This document shows, piece after piece, positions 27,761 to 41,449 of a DNA stretch of 64,000 nucleotides (the stretch's first letter is position 1; each line of letters opens with the position of its first letter). The translations under genes were made by a program, and so were the position numbers. This DNA is from Heptranchias perlo (lineage: Eukaryota), in assembly GCF_035084215.1 (NCBI RefSeq), contig NC_090356.1:15438001-15502000 (forward strand), written 5' to 3'. The notes beneath the pieces were generated by a model that was not told the DNA's origin, made no database searches, and worked only from the letters and a program-made list of their open reading frames with translations.

Positions 27761-29799
27761 GTGGTGAAGTTTTGTTTCACACTCTAAATTATTCGAAAGC
27801 TTGTAACTTATGAACTTAAATGGAACTTGGAAAACTCAAAAAGCAGCATTCTGAGGAGTCTGCTGTCTGCAGGGTTCCACCAATGCTTGCTTTGACCTTG
27901 AATTTAGAACAGCAGCTCAACATTAGGCACTGAATAAAATGGGTGACCAAGGATAAATTTAAAGCATTGGGTGCTACGAATGGTGAGGAATAAGTAGATA
28001 CAAGTTCATATTAGTTGAGGACTGATTACGTTTTCTTTGCACCAGGCTTGTAATCAGTAACTGCTAAATTATAATAACCAACAGACTTTTCTCTTCTGTG
28101 AGATTTCTGAATATGCTCAATCACAATTGACTTGTTGGGTGCTGGCATTGGTTACCTGTCTCATAAACTCACTTTAATACATGAAGTGGTGATGCTGATG
28201 TTATTAATAACACAGAAGTGCTAAAAAAAAGCACAGTTCAGAACACGTGTAAATTATTTCTCACAAAAGAGTGACCACCATAAATATTCCCGAGATTGCC
28301 TGATGATCATAGGAATGCTGGATTTATTAGGTTTATCTGTTTCTGTTTGACCTTAAGTTTCTTGCCTCGTTTAGGCAAACTCATTTGATGAAGCTGGAAT
28401 AGTGAATTTTCATTTGAAAATGCAAGCTAAAATAATGTTTGTTTAGCATCTTGTTTAGTGACATTATTGTTCACACACTGGGCTCTAAGCATTACCATTG
28501 ACTTCACCAGAGGTAAAAACCGTTTCTATATATAACTTATCAATTTCATCAATATCAGTCATATATTAAAAATGCTAAGTGGATGACAATGTTCCATCCC
28601 AAAATACATTGAAAATTCCTATGTCAGGCTCCGTCTATAGGAATACCTACTATATATATGTCAAAATGTAACTGCAGTACCTGTTATTCCTGTTAGTGGC
28701 ATTGTGATAGGGCTTTCAATGTCTATTTAAGCATTCTGATTGTGTCTTCTTTTGAACTAACGTTATGTGGCAGGCTCCCCCTATATAGCTGCTATCTTGC
28801 TGTTAATAGGTATGGTAAAAAAAGACTTGCTTTCAGTCTGCCTTCAGTTACAGGCTCTGGCCATTGGGTGTCTCTGCAGAGCTTTCTTTTCGTTTTGACG
28901 ATCCAATGGGTTTTTTTGTGCAGGTAAATTTGTTATTTAACATTTTGGGGGTGAATTTTCATGGGGGTTTCTCCCACGCAACTGCCGTAACTTCAGTAGA
29001 AGAGCCACAGAAATCCTGGAATAGTGGCGTAAACACCGTGGTGTAGGGGATTTGGCAAGCTATGTTTGATCCCAGGAATGATGTGGAGATTTGCCTGAGG
29101 AAGGAGAAAATCTCCGAAAGCTTGTGAATTTAAAATAAAATTGCTGGACTATAACTTGGTGTTGTAAAATTGTTTACAATTGATCCCAGGAATTAAGAGA
29201 TCATTTCCCTTGTAACTACTACTCAACATGCTTTGAGCACCATGATTAGTTTGTGGGAATGATGTGACTGAAAGACCTGTCAGTGGTCCATTACGTAGAT
29301 TGTACAGCACAGAAACAGGCCATTGGGCCCAACTGGTCCATGCTCCACACAAGCCTCCTCCCATGCCTCTTCATCTACCCTATCAGCATAACCTTCTATT
29401 CCTCATGTGTTTATCTAGCTTTCCCTTAAATCCATGGTAACCATTACTCATTGTTTTCTTGTTATTTTACTGTAAGAAAGGATAACATCACAATGGCAAA
29501 GTGATAACAAGTATAGATTCTTAGGAGAAAAAAATCCCCTTCAAAAATGTAGCACTGCGTCATAAGCAGAAGAAACATAAATTGAAAGGAAAGAGTTTGA
29601 GATTTTCTTCCCATTTATTATGGAATTAGTGGAGATATATGTAGTACAGGCAGGTGAGGAATGGAGCAGCAGGAAATATATAGTATGTAGGAAAATGTTA
29701 TGATTCAACAATCCTGATGCAGAGCATGGCAGGAATGGGAATTTGGAAGAGGAGGTCCTGTTGCTCAGTTCAAAGTTCGCATGATTTTCTGTCTTTAAA

Positions 29800-30900
29800 T
29801 TTTTAAAGAGGAGAGGCAGTGGAGGAAAATAGTGTAGTCGGCTGTGTCAAAGGCTGCAGAAAGGTCAAGAAGGATGAGGGGGTATAATGCACCATGATCA
29901 CAGTCACATTGATTGGGGCCATTTCAGCGCTGTGGCAGGGCAAAAACCTGATTGGAGAGATTCAAACATGAAGTTGTGGGAAAGATGGGTGTGTGTTTAA
30001 GAGGGGACAACATGTCCATGGACTTTGGAGAAGTAAGAGAGGTTGGAGATAGGGCAGGAGTTTTCAAGAACAGAGGAGCCAAGGGTGTTTTCATTGAGGA
30101 GCGAGGCGATGATAGCAGTTTTGAAAAGGAGGGGGACAATACCTGATGAGAGGAACCAGTTACAATATAAGCTACCATGGTGGCTGGGAAAGGAAGTTGG
30201 GTGGTCAGAAGTTTAGTGGGAATGGGGGTCACGAGAGCAGGAGGTGGGTCACATGGACAAGATGAGCTTGGAAAGGGCATTAGGAGAGAAGTTAGAGAAA
30301 AATACAGGTTCAGGGCTAAGGCAGGAGGTGCCTGGGAGGGATGTTTGGTTTGGTGGGCAAGGGGAAGGGGGAAGCAGCTGAACGCTTGGTCTCAATCTTA
30401 GTGACAAAGAAGTCTCTGACCTCCTTGCACTTGTTGGAGGAAGGGTGGAGGGGGCAGGGGAGAGTGGATTAAGGAGATGGTTGGTAGCAGAGAAAAAAAG
30501 CTGGGGGTCCTTTGCTCTTGAAGTAATGGGCAGATATAGCAGAGGACAATGAGGCTCGATTGCACTTGGTGTGCTTCAGCCAGATCCAGTGATGGATGAC
30601 TAAACCAGTTGTGTGTCAGATACACAAAATCTGCCCCTCCTTGGACTTGGGGGCAAAGATAGGGGCCATACCAGTGGTATTGACCAGGATGAGAGAGGTT
30701 TTGCTGGGGTCAAAGGCATCAAAGGAGCAAGTGAGGGAGTGGTTGAGCAGAGTGACAGCTGCAGAAGTATCGTGGTGAGTGAAGGGACAAAGGCTAGGTG
30801 GATGGCAGTTTGAAAGTGCAATTGTAAGTGACTTGGGGGAAGAGTTATTTCCAATGGCGGATACAGAAGGGAGAGGGTTTGGATGGGGTTAATTGGCACT
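29800..30900 (-). mobile_element. Decayed L2-type LINE fragment
   Basis: Antisense remnants of DPIPTKLL, SFK.A..P..K and LDLSAAFDT L2 RT-region motifs. Confidence 0.6.
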
Positions 30901-33900
30901 GAGGCTGTAGGTTTGTTCTTGTGGTGTCTGATTCTGGGGCTGTGAGGTTTCTATGCCATCTACACTCTTTTCAACAGGTTCCACCTGCAACTATGCACTA
31001 AATACAAAGGCATTTTGTCATTGCTGCTCATTGTGTAAACCTTGCAGCATGTTGTTATTTCAACTTGAGCTGAAAATCAGAGCTGAGAATGAATCGAATA
31101 TTTAAACAGAAATGAGGGGAGGACAAAGCCAATGCAACAAACAGGCCTTAATTGGCCGTAACAAGTTTGATACCAGCAAACAAAAGTGGAGAAATGAACT
31201 TTTGATAGACATCTAAATACTAAATCTAGCACAGCCTCTGTTCTAATACCTTGTTTCCCTGTGTTAAGAGGTCATTCATTGCCAGCATGAAATTGTTTTC
31301 ATCCATTCTATTTATTATCCCTGAGCTGCCCACTCTACACTATGGGGTATTGAAATCCATAATGATTAGTGTATTAGGATTGTCTGCTACTCTATATGTG
31401 CTGTTCACATTGAGCTGGCATGTAATGATTCATAATGTTTGTTGACATTAGCAAAAAATATCAATATCCACGCTATCATTTTTTCAATACATTTTCAACT
31501 AACTCCAATTTTAAATGTTGTACGCATGCTAAACCTAAAATAGCATGGAAATATTAATTTATCTTTTCTCTTGCTAAGCTCAAATAATTTACCTTTTCTT
31601 CTGCTAAACTCAGTTTATTATGACAGTACTACTCTCAACAGCACAGGAAGTCGAAATGTGGGGGAAAGCCCAAGGTGTGTAGTGTAGGGCCACCACTAAG
31701 GTTGAATAGAGTAGGAGAAAACATGAGGAAAATCCTCAAATAGTCAGGCAACACCAAACTTGGGTTCTAAAAGACCTGTAGATTGGAGGAGGAAGGGTTG
31801 ACCAAGGGAGGTAAGGAGTTCCACAGTTTTGAGTTCCTGGGAAAGAATATTACCAGAGCAACACAATAAATCATAATTCTGGCATAATGATTATGCAAGA
31901 TCCAGGAGGAAGAGGATGTAAAATGGAATTTTTGGCATTTAGGAGAAAGTCAGTAGAACAATTAACCTAATTTATTCTCCTTATAAATATGTAGTAAATC
32001 ATTACACTACATATGCTAATGAAGTCTCCAAAAGCTTAATGCATGTTATTAATATTTTTTCTTCTGCATTTGACTTGTTTCTCATTCTGCATTTCATTAT
32101 GAAACAAATAGAAACTTGCAGAGTGCAAATAACAGGAAACAGAGCAAAGAAAATGAAACATGCATTTCAGCTCTTTGTCGGTTTCCAGTCGGCAGCCCGA
32201 GATCATCATCTCCAGGTGCTGTTCTCAGATGAGATTGTGGTCTAACGCTTATTCTGAAGACAATGGGTGCTGTCCGCCCCCAGAAATAAAAACGTAGGTT
32301 TTATGCATCACTCGTTCTGAGTCACTCAAAACTTCAAAAGGCCTTAAATTCTTGTATGATAACAAAGCAGGTCCAATGTGGATTGTGATTGTAAAATGAA
32401 AACCATGTGGGGATTTGTAATCTGTATTCAGTATTGTCTGTGAGCACTAAGCAAGTATAAGGTTAGTGTGTAAACTTAGTAAATCTCAATATGGTGCACG
32501 ACTGTCCTTTAGTGTGTAGTGCTGCATAGGTTACATTTGGAACTGAAAGTTGACCTGATTTTAGCAAACAGTACTATTAGTCTAAAATGCTTCCTTTAAG
32601 TGATTAAATATTTAATTAAGCATTAGGCCTGATTAATCCTTAATGAAAACTTTTCATGTTTATTGTTCTCATTGTCAGTGGAAAATCATTAATCAAAGAA
32701 TCCCTGTTAAATACTTTCAATATCAATCCCTGTTACATACTTTCAATACTCCCTCAATCTATCTAGTGTGAAAAAAAAATCATGAAGTAAATCTATCACA
32801 AAGGCAATGCTGACAAACTCATTGCTATTTTCCATATTCATGGAGCTACTAAGCAGACAAACAGCTACAGGAACACCACCAGCAGCTCTAAAGGAAGCCT
32901 CTTCATATCTGCTTATTTTTCCAGCTTTGAATGATGGGGATGCATGAAAGCCAGGAAAGTTCAGTACCAGGTGGGCATTGCTGTTCTCCCAACCAGACTT
33001 GCATTTTCCCAGCTTGGATGATTCCTGTCATCATCCATGGCTGGAGAGGATGCTCAGGGTCCTGATCATCTGTATAGATACTTTTGTTGGGTTGCAGTTG
33101 CATGGATTCCAGGTCCTCTCTGGGACCTCAACGAAGTGAGAGTCTGGTCAATGAATGTGCGCATCACAGCCCATTCTATCTTAATCGGATATACACACAA
33201 TTTCCAGCAAGGATCGCTAGATAGGATCAGGAGCAGGAACCCTGGCTGATCCTCCCCTATGCCATCAACCTAGCCTATGGCACTGAGGCCAATTGTAGCA
33301 GACAGACCAGTAATCAAACTATTTGGACCTTTTGTTCTAAATGGCTCAGTACCACAGCATGGGAGCATGTACTCATTTTGTTTTTGCTTTAAGCAATAAA
33401 TATACCAAATTTCACAGATCCAAGCTTTATTGTTATGGACTATGGCACAAGTAAACACACCAACTCCTGACATTAAATTTAATGGAGTATTGAAGGAACA
33501 GCTATAAATTCTGAAAGAAAGGTTAAATTCATTTTTCTTGCACAAAATAGACCTTCAAAGAAATTTGCGTAGTCACACTGTATCCATATGAATTCATTGA
33601 GGTCCAAAACAAAAAGTAGATTCTCATAAGTTCATTCAGAAAAATGCTAATAGATTCCTTCATTTCCAGGATTAGAAATGTTCAGATTTCCAGGATTAGA
33701 AATTTTCAGAAAGTCCCCTTTCCAGGTGTTATATTACCAGTCAAAAAATGCCTCAAATTTAAAATTCTCATCCTCATGTTCAAATCCCTCTATGGCTTCA
33801 CCTCTCTCGCCTCTCCCTACCTCTGTAACCTCCTCCAACCCTCCGAGAACTCAGTTCCTCCAACTATGGCCTGTTACACTCTTCCTTTGCCCCATTATTG

Positions 33901-34699
33901 GCGGATGTGCCTTCAGCTGTCCAGGCCCTAAACTCTGGAATTCTCTCCCTATACCCCTTTACCTCTCCACCTCTCTCTCCTCCTTTGAGACCCTCCTTAA
34001 AACCTACCTCTTTACCAAGCCACCAAACTAATATTTGGCTTGGTGTCAATTTTTTGTTTGATTATGATCATGTGAAGCATCTTGGAATATGTTCCTTCAT
34101 TAAAGGTGCTACATAAATGCAAGTTATATAACACAGAACATGTATTCTAGATATCAATGTACATTAGTAACTAAAATGATTTGTTCCATAATACAGAATA
34201 TCTATCATTTGAATGTGAACATGCAACATTTCCAATATTAATGGATAATATATGAATGTTATATGCTTTAGCATGGATATTTCCAATTTATATCATAATT
34301 GCAGAAAAGTTTACAGTATTTACAACACTATGCCTCTCTCATGACTAGAAAATAAAATATATAGATATTTTTGAAAATCAAAATCTTCCGATGACTTACT
34401 ATTTTGAAACCGGAAAAATACCCAACATTGTAAATCTTTTATCCAAGGGATATGGGGATCGGGCAGGAAAGTGGAGTTGAGGTCAAAGATCAGCCATGAT
34501 CTTATTGAATGGCGGAGCAGGCTCGAGGGGCCGTATGGCCTACTCCTGCTCCTATTTCTTATGTTCTTATGTTTATGGCAACAAAATTACACAGAGATTT
34601 TCATAAAATATTAGCTTCAATGTTAGCTCGAACAATATCTACCAACAAATAAGTATGTCATCTAAACATTTATATCAAGCCTTAAAAAATGAGCAATCA

Positions 34700-34861
34700 T
34701 TTTCAGTACTTCTTAAACAGATCAGAAGAGAAATGTTACAAGATGTTAAAGTGTATTGAAACAGACTGAAGAACTAACCCTAAAATTGACAAATCTGATG
34801 TATAAAGAAATTTTTAAAGTATCAAAATATTCAATGGCAGTGGTTCATCATAGGTGATTCT
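34700..34861 (-). other. Probable 3'-untranslated last exon of the TCR-like gene (3' end not determined)
   Basis: Strong acceptor TTCTTTCTTTCAG ending at 34862; a separate UTR exon after the TM exon is the TRAC/TRDC layout. Confidence 0.4.
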
Positions 34862-35189
34862 CTGAAAGAAAGAATTTGAACAGCGATTGTAAATTAAAAT
34901 ACATCAATATATGATGAAATTCAAGCAACTTGCAATACAATCAGAGCTTTTAAAATATACTACATTTGTTCACTGGTTTGTTTGGAAATGTTTCTTTTAA
35001 ATATTTTTAATGATATGATTCGAGATTGCACGCAATTGTCTACTACAGAGAAAGTAAATGTACTCACAGAAAACATTTTGCTAGTTGAGGTAAGCTTTAC
35101 AGTCTAGCGCTCAACAATTTTAAGTGTTACATTCAGAAACTCAAATGTACGGTGAACAGGTTGAAAAGAATAAAATGTTGAGGTTTACC

Positions 35190-35299
35190 TTAGTTTGAGA
35201 CCCATACGGCTGAAGTCATCAAACCGTTGAAAACCAAAGATTTAAGAAAGAGGATTCGCAAGGAGAATATAATGAGTGGAAGTGAACTTGGTACCTCAT
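35190..35299 (-). CDS. TCR-like gene: transmembrane/cytoplasmic exon (TCR alpha/delta type)
   Basis: tcaaag| (Y)EVPSSLPLIIFSLRILFLKSLVFNGLMTSAVWVSN*; R and K five residues apart plus FN..MT...W as in TCR-alpha [20 protein letters not shown]; splice donor 1 nt after TAA. Confidence 0.9.
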
Positions 35300-36787
35300 C
35301 TTTGATAGAAAGGAAACAAAATGCATTAGTTTAATATTCAGAACATTAAAACCATCCTTGTGAAAAATATGTAGAACAGAAGTGTTAGGGACCAGTTACA
35401 CTACAGTTTCTGCATGGATTTTTCCCGATTTTCATCACCCCACCATTGGCGGCCGTGCATTCAGCTGACTAGGCCCTAAGCACTGGAATTCCCTCCCTAA
35501 ACCTCTCTGCCTCTCTACTTCATTCTCTCCTCCTGTAAGATGCTCCTTTAAACCTACCTCTTTGACCAAGCTTTTGGTCACCTGTCCCAATATCTCCTTA
35601 TGTGGCTTGGTGTTAAATTTTGTGAAGTGCCTTGGGACGCTTTACTATGTTAAAGGTGCTATATAAATATTGTTGTTGGATACTTAGGTATAATTTCACA
35701 CCAGAAGGGTTTCAGACAGTTACAGTACAACTGTATGAACAGTCAGTATGAAACCAACTTTAAAAATGAAAGTTAAAAAGCTTCCAAGGAATCGGCCAAA
35801 TACTATCAAAGAGCCCACAGGGGACCCCTCTTCACTAACTTAAAAAACTTCAACAGTATCCTGAGAGGAACTCTGCATGTCTTTATCTTGTTGCGGGACT
35901 GCCAATGTAACTTGACCCCACTAGCTCGCTCCACTCTAAGAGCACTGTTACACTACAGCTACCAGTAGCTCACATTAAACAGGCTCAGGATATATTGCCA
36001 GCACCAAGTATCCATCTAGCCAGCAGAAACCTGGATGTGTCGTGCATAGTTCTGCTCAATGTTCTTCAAATACCAGTTGAATTTTAACATTAAAAGGTTT
36101 GCTGACTGCCGCTTTGTGTTGACAAAAAGTTCCAGAATAATTAGCCTATTGAGCAGGCACTGTTCTAAAGTAAAAATGAGTCATTCTATTTACATTTTTT
36201 GTGTGTATAAGTGGCACAACGGCCAAAGCTGGAGACTGTATTAAGAATAAACCCTGAATTTGACTCCATAGGTTGCTGAAAGGCCTGATGAAATTGTATT
36301 AAGATTTGGTACCAACCAGTGAAAGAAGTTCAGCAATGAGAAAAGAACATTGGCACCATTGGACTTCTGGTAGATCCTTAATTTCTCGAATTCTTTGTGT
36401 AGCCCTTTGAGTTAATTTGCAATTTTCACTTTATCAAACTACAGTATTCAAGATTCTATTATTTATAAGCTGCTATGAGGCGAACATTAATGATTTTAAA
36501 TAGATTTTGTTGTTTAAAATATGAACCTGTACGTACCATCATCAGAATCCACTTGGAGACATTGGTTTTGCAGCTTTTTGGCTGTAAGAATTTACAAAGA
36601 AAGTAATAATGATCAAAACGTGGTTCACTAGTGAGCAAAGAATTGTCCAAACTTTCGTTTTCTATTTCAGGAAACCGTCCAAAGTTTGAAAAATAACATG
36701 CATTAACGAAGAGATGTATTAAAATCAAGTTCTTTCTTAATTTGGAGGACGAGCCTTAAACTGCGTTCCCAACACATTCCCGTTTAC

Positions 36788-36844
36788 AGTGTTGTTTGGT
36801 AGTTCCTCCATCTCCTTTGGATTCGTCACTTCTACTCCAGCATC
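36788..36844 (-). CDS. TCR-like gene: connecting-peptide exon with presumptive interchain Cys
   Basis: tttttgttag| (G)CWSRSDESKGDGGTTKQH |gtaaac; 57 nt, phase 1/1, keeps frame between C and TM. Confidence 0.75.
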
Positions 36845-37178
36845 CTAACAAAAAGGGAAAACCGAGAGGGGCAGTATGACTGACATCGAGTTAGATGGCT
36901 GGCCAAGACTAGAATCCAAATGGTACTAAATATATTTTGCCACGTATATTAACATTATATTATTATGTATGTGCACGTGTGATTGGAAGGCGATGCTTTA
37001 TATTACATAGAAGGTACAGCGCAGAATCAGGCCATTCGGTCCAACTGGTCCATGCTGGTATTTATACTCCACCCGAACCTCCTCCCTCACACTTTTGTCA
37101 TACACAATGTCCTTATTACCACTCAGAGGGGTCCCTAGGCATTAGTGAGGCAATATTATTATACATTTCTAAACCAAC

Positions 37179-37499
37179 CTTTCTCTTTTGACATGATTGA
37201 TGTAGTTCTCATGGAGTCATGCATTTCCCCTTGGCAGATATATGAGTTTCCATCGTCCCAGCTTTTTAACGAGGTCGTCATTTGACTGACGAGGCTGTAA
37301 TCGCCATCCTCCCCCACTGCCGGACCAAACTGCAGCGTCTTGCCTTCGATTAACGAATGGCTAGATGCGTTCCATGTGACAACGAGCGAATCCGGGTGAA
37401 AAGCTGTCAACAAACAGCCAAGGGTTGCACTTTCCCCTCCCTGAATAGCCCCTGCAGAGGGCGGGAGGATGAACACCGAAGGGGCAGTTTCCGTGTGAT
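37179..37499 (-). CDS. TCR-like gene: constant Ig C1-domain exon
   Basis: ttttcag| (N)HTETAPSVFILPPS..SATLGCLLTAFHPDSLVVTWNAS..YSLVSQMTTSLKSWDDGNSYICQGEMHDSMRTTSIMSKEK-G |gttggt; C-W-C intact; phase 1/1. Confidence 0.93.
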
Positions 37500-38789
37500 C
37501 TGAAAATATTAAAATAACATCAGTGAGCAGAAGAAAAGTTTTGAAAAGAAAAATTTGTAATGAAAAAAAATGGTTGAGCTCCAACGAAACGTTGTCGACA
37601 TTAGTAACCATTTCGCCGAGTATTCCTTCCAGAGAATAATTTATAGAAATAAAGACTTGCATTTTATAACTAATTTTGGTTAAATATTGCATCGGCATTC
37701 TCATAGAAATGCTTTCAAACTTTACAATTTAACACATGTAGATGTGTTAATCATTTTCACATCAGTGCTGGGACATGTTACCGCGTTCTCATTCAACCAC
37801 TACGTTCAGATGTTACACTTCATTTAAAAATTGTAGTGTCCTTTTTATTGCCATTTTTTTGATAGCATTGAATGGAATCTATTGGGGTTTAGCCTTCATA
37901 AGCGGACAGTTCTGCTATAGGATCATGACTAACCTCGGATTAATTGAAGACCTATAAAAATGCAAATATTAACGTTATCCAAAGTTTAAATCGAAATTGG
38001 CAAGTATTCCCAACCCCTGAGGTTTAATCACCTTTTAGGAATCTTGTCATTTTATATGCTTCAAATAATTAACGGTGACTGATTTTAATACGAAAGTTCA
38101 AATTTGCATGTCAAGAAATACTAGCATCTAATTAAGTTGACATTTTCTTGTTTGGAAACTTTGTATGAAGTGTCAGCATGTATTGGATAACCTAATATTG
38201 GTGACTGGATACACAGAGAAGGCGAATCTGAAGCACAACCGAGTGAGTTAATGGAATTTATCTAAAAAGACAATAAACGGTACTAAAGACATGAGGGTTA
38301 CGTTGATATATTTGGAACTGCTCAGCGGAATCCAGTTGTGAATTCGTTGGGCCGATTTGCACACGAAAGAGGGTAGCTGACTCCAGGCGGTGGTTAGATC
38401 TCTGGCACATGGGAAATATTACTGTCGGACAATGCAAATATCCTGGAAGGAAAGTGTGGAAAATAATCAAATGTTTTTACGCAGATCGATCTGGTGTTTT
38501 GCGGGGAGTGTGGGGGAGGGGGGAATCATTCCAAAAAATTAAAACTGATCACCTAATTAATACCGAAAGATTTTTTTAGGTTAATTCAAAAAAGCCATTT
38601 TCTAAATTAAAAGCCCCGATTAAACACAACACTTTATGTCGCTTTACAGCACGAAAATGGAGGTTTGGGGGTGGAAGAATGGATGTGAGGAATCGTTCTG
38701 GTTGCTGTGTGCCGACATCGTAACCCGTGCTTTTGGACACATTTACGATGCACATAGCGACTAGCGCAATTCCGCAACACACTTCCCGC

Positions 38790-39060
38790 GTTTGGAAGAT
38801 TATGGCCAGTACCTCCGCAATTTCCACCCTTACCAGCATCCCATCCAGACCGTGTGACTTATCTACTTTAAGTATAGATAGCCTTTCTAGTACCTCTTCT
38901 TTATCAATTTTTAGCCTATCCAGTATCTCAACTATATCTTCCTTTACTGAGACTCTGGCAGCATCTTCTTCCTTGGTAAAGACAGATACAAAGTATTCAT
39001 TTAGTACCTTGGCCATCCCCTCTGCCTCCATGAGTGGATCTCCTTTATGGTCCCTAATGG
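38790..39060 (-). mobile_element. CR1 LINE internal fragment
   Basis: EAEGMAKVLNEYFVSVFTKE..KVDKSHGLDG, homologous to 47785-48126. Confidence 0.85.
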
Positions 39061-39940
39061 ACCGCAAGTCAGGTGGTATATGCAAAAAAAAAAGTTGCTT
39101 TCAAACTCAGTGCAACATATCCTTGCCATTAAATCTTTTATAATTACTATAAAGACTTTAAATGTGTATTTAATATTATTGCCTAACATGTAACAGCAAA
39201 AGAAGATGGAAAGGAATATACAAACTAACAAATGGAAAATATTGACCAATAACATAATGAAATTCTATAAAGTATCATGTGAACATCTTGTATAGTAGGC
39301 AGAATGAACTCATTAGTTCCAAGTTTTGATAACTGGTTCCTTTCCTACTGATTTCATTGTTGGGGATTGTTCACACGGTTCAGAGCTTTACAAATTAAAA
39401 GGGTCTGAGAGGGAGATAGGATCACAAGTCAGGGTGCAGAAAAGGCCATTGGGTCCATGGAAGCTCACCCCGTTCAATTCCCAAACTCTCCCATCTTTAT
39501 ATAGGACTGGATTTTGAAGATCTCAAATATATTTGCCCCTACTACCCACCTGCAGATTATTTAAACCATTTATCATTCTTTAATGAAGCAAATTCTCCCT
39601 AAAATCAGTCTTAAATTTGCTTTCACTTGTTTATAAATGTACGATGCCTTCATTTAATTTATGTTTTGCTAACATGCCACATTGATTCGAAAATTCTTGA
39701 AGAGTGAAGTCACTCTGCCACTTCTGTGTTGATGCAAAGTTTTGAGTGCACATTGATTCAAGTGGATTATAACTTGAGAGTCAGGTCAGCATCTGACTTC
39801 TGAGCACAGTAAAACCTAAACAAAACAATCCTCGACCCCTCTGTCCTTGCAAACTACTGCTCCATCTCTAACCTTCTGTTCCTATCCAAAGTCCTTGGAC
39901 GTGTTCAGATGGCAGTTAAGAGTCAACCATGTTTCTGTGG

Positions 39941-40521
39941 ACAAATGTAAGGAGTCGCACAAATGTAAGGAGTCCAAGAATACTGGATGTAATGTTTCCC
40001 TGACTAACCTGTCTGAACAGAGGGGCAATTTTTTCACTCAAAGGGTGGTGAGTGTCTGGAACGAGCTGCCAGAGGCAGTAGTAGAGGCGGGTACAATTTT
40101 GTCTTTTAAAAAGCATTTGGACAGTTACATGGGTAAGATGGGTATAGAGGGATATGGGCCAAGTGCAGGCAATTGGGAGTAGCTTAATGGTATAAACTGG
40201 GCGACATGGACATGTTGGGCCGAAGGGCCTGTTTCCATGTTGTAAACTTCTATGATTCTATGATTCTAACACCATTCACTCCTTTGATTGCTGTGATTAT
40301 CTCTCTGCCAAGGTGTGATAAAGGGCAGTTGGAAAGATTATCTGTACTCACCAGGCATTGTTCTCTGACTATATATGCTGTGCCTATATGCAACTCTTCA
40401 CTCACCTGACGAAGGAGCAAAGCTCCGAAAGCTTGTGATTTCAAATAAAGTTGTTGGACTATAACCTGGTGTTGTGCGACTCCTTACATTTGTCCACCCC
40501 AGTCCATCACCTGCATCTCCA
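39941..40521 (+). mobile_element. Penelope-like fragment with a nested CR1 3' end and hammerhead motif
   Basis: Flanking direct repeat CATGTTTCTGTGG; terminal sequence shared with about 14690-14880, 29080-29180, 56570-56885 and 57800-57910. Confidence 0.65.
40402..40438 (+). ncRNA. Minimal type-I hammerhead ribozyme motif (representative copy)
   Basis: TCAC-CTGACGA-A-GGAGC aaa GCTCC-GAAA-GCTT-GTGA; stem II covaries across copies. Confidence 0.65.
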
Positions 40522-41449
40522 CATGTTTCTGTGGGACTGGAGTCACATTATAGGCCAGGTTTCCTCATCTGAGGGACATTAGTGAACCAGTTGTCTTTTT
40601 TTACCGATCCGATAGCTTGGTGGTAACTTTTTTTTAAAATTTCGAGATATTTTTAACCTGAATTCAAATTCTCAAACTTCTATGGTGGGATATTAACTTA
40701 TGTTCTCTCCATCACTAGACCAGCAACATAGCCACTACGCTAACATACCCGTGTGATAAATAAAGACAGAGTCCGTTATGTAAAAACTATAGTAAAATAT
40801 ATTCTTAAAGCCCTTAGGAGACCCAATATGGTTTCGCTTGGGTTGCAGTTATACTCTGCCTAGTATGAGTTCAAAGTGATTTGAGACTACCTCTCACATC
40901 TCTGGCTTTAGTGTGCTCAGAAGTCAGATCCCGAGCCGACTCCCAGTCATACTCCATTTGAATCTTTGCATTAACACCAAAATGACAGCGTGACTTCACC
41001 CTTAAAGAATTTTGAAGTCAGTGTGGCAAGTTAGTAAAATATAAATTTAAATTAGGGCTTTATTTGGATCTGGAGGCCTTTTGCATCCGTAATATCTCAC
41101 TTAATTTCACTTAAATGGCGTGAAAAAACAGGGTTTAGGGCAAGTGATTGACTGAACAGTCATCAATAGCCTCGAATTTGTTTACTATTTTCTTTAAATT
41201 CATCATCGGAACCCCCAGATTGATGCATTGACCGATTGTATTCAGTTTAACTCGCCGTGGAAACGTAAATGAAACGGATCTCCAATTTGTGTTAGGACAT
41301 TGGGAATAAATTGATGGATTAATGCGAGGTTATCTTGATGACGTAAATGCAAAACAAAAAATTATTTGTTTAAATTGGTAATTTAATTCATCCACAATTT
41401 CAGATTTCTACAATGCATTTGACTAAAAGTTAACGGTTAGCAGATCACG

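Noticed and set aside
35190-37499. Calling the gene an Ig light chain, pre-TCR alpha or plain TCR beta
   Set aside because: IgL has no D or TM exon; pT-alpha has no V/D/J; the TCR-beta TM has only a Lys, not the R/K/FN pattern seen here.
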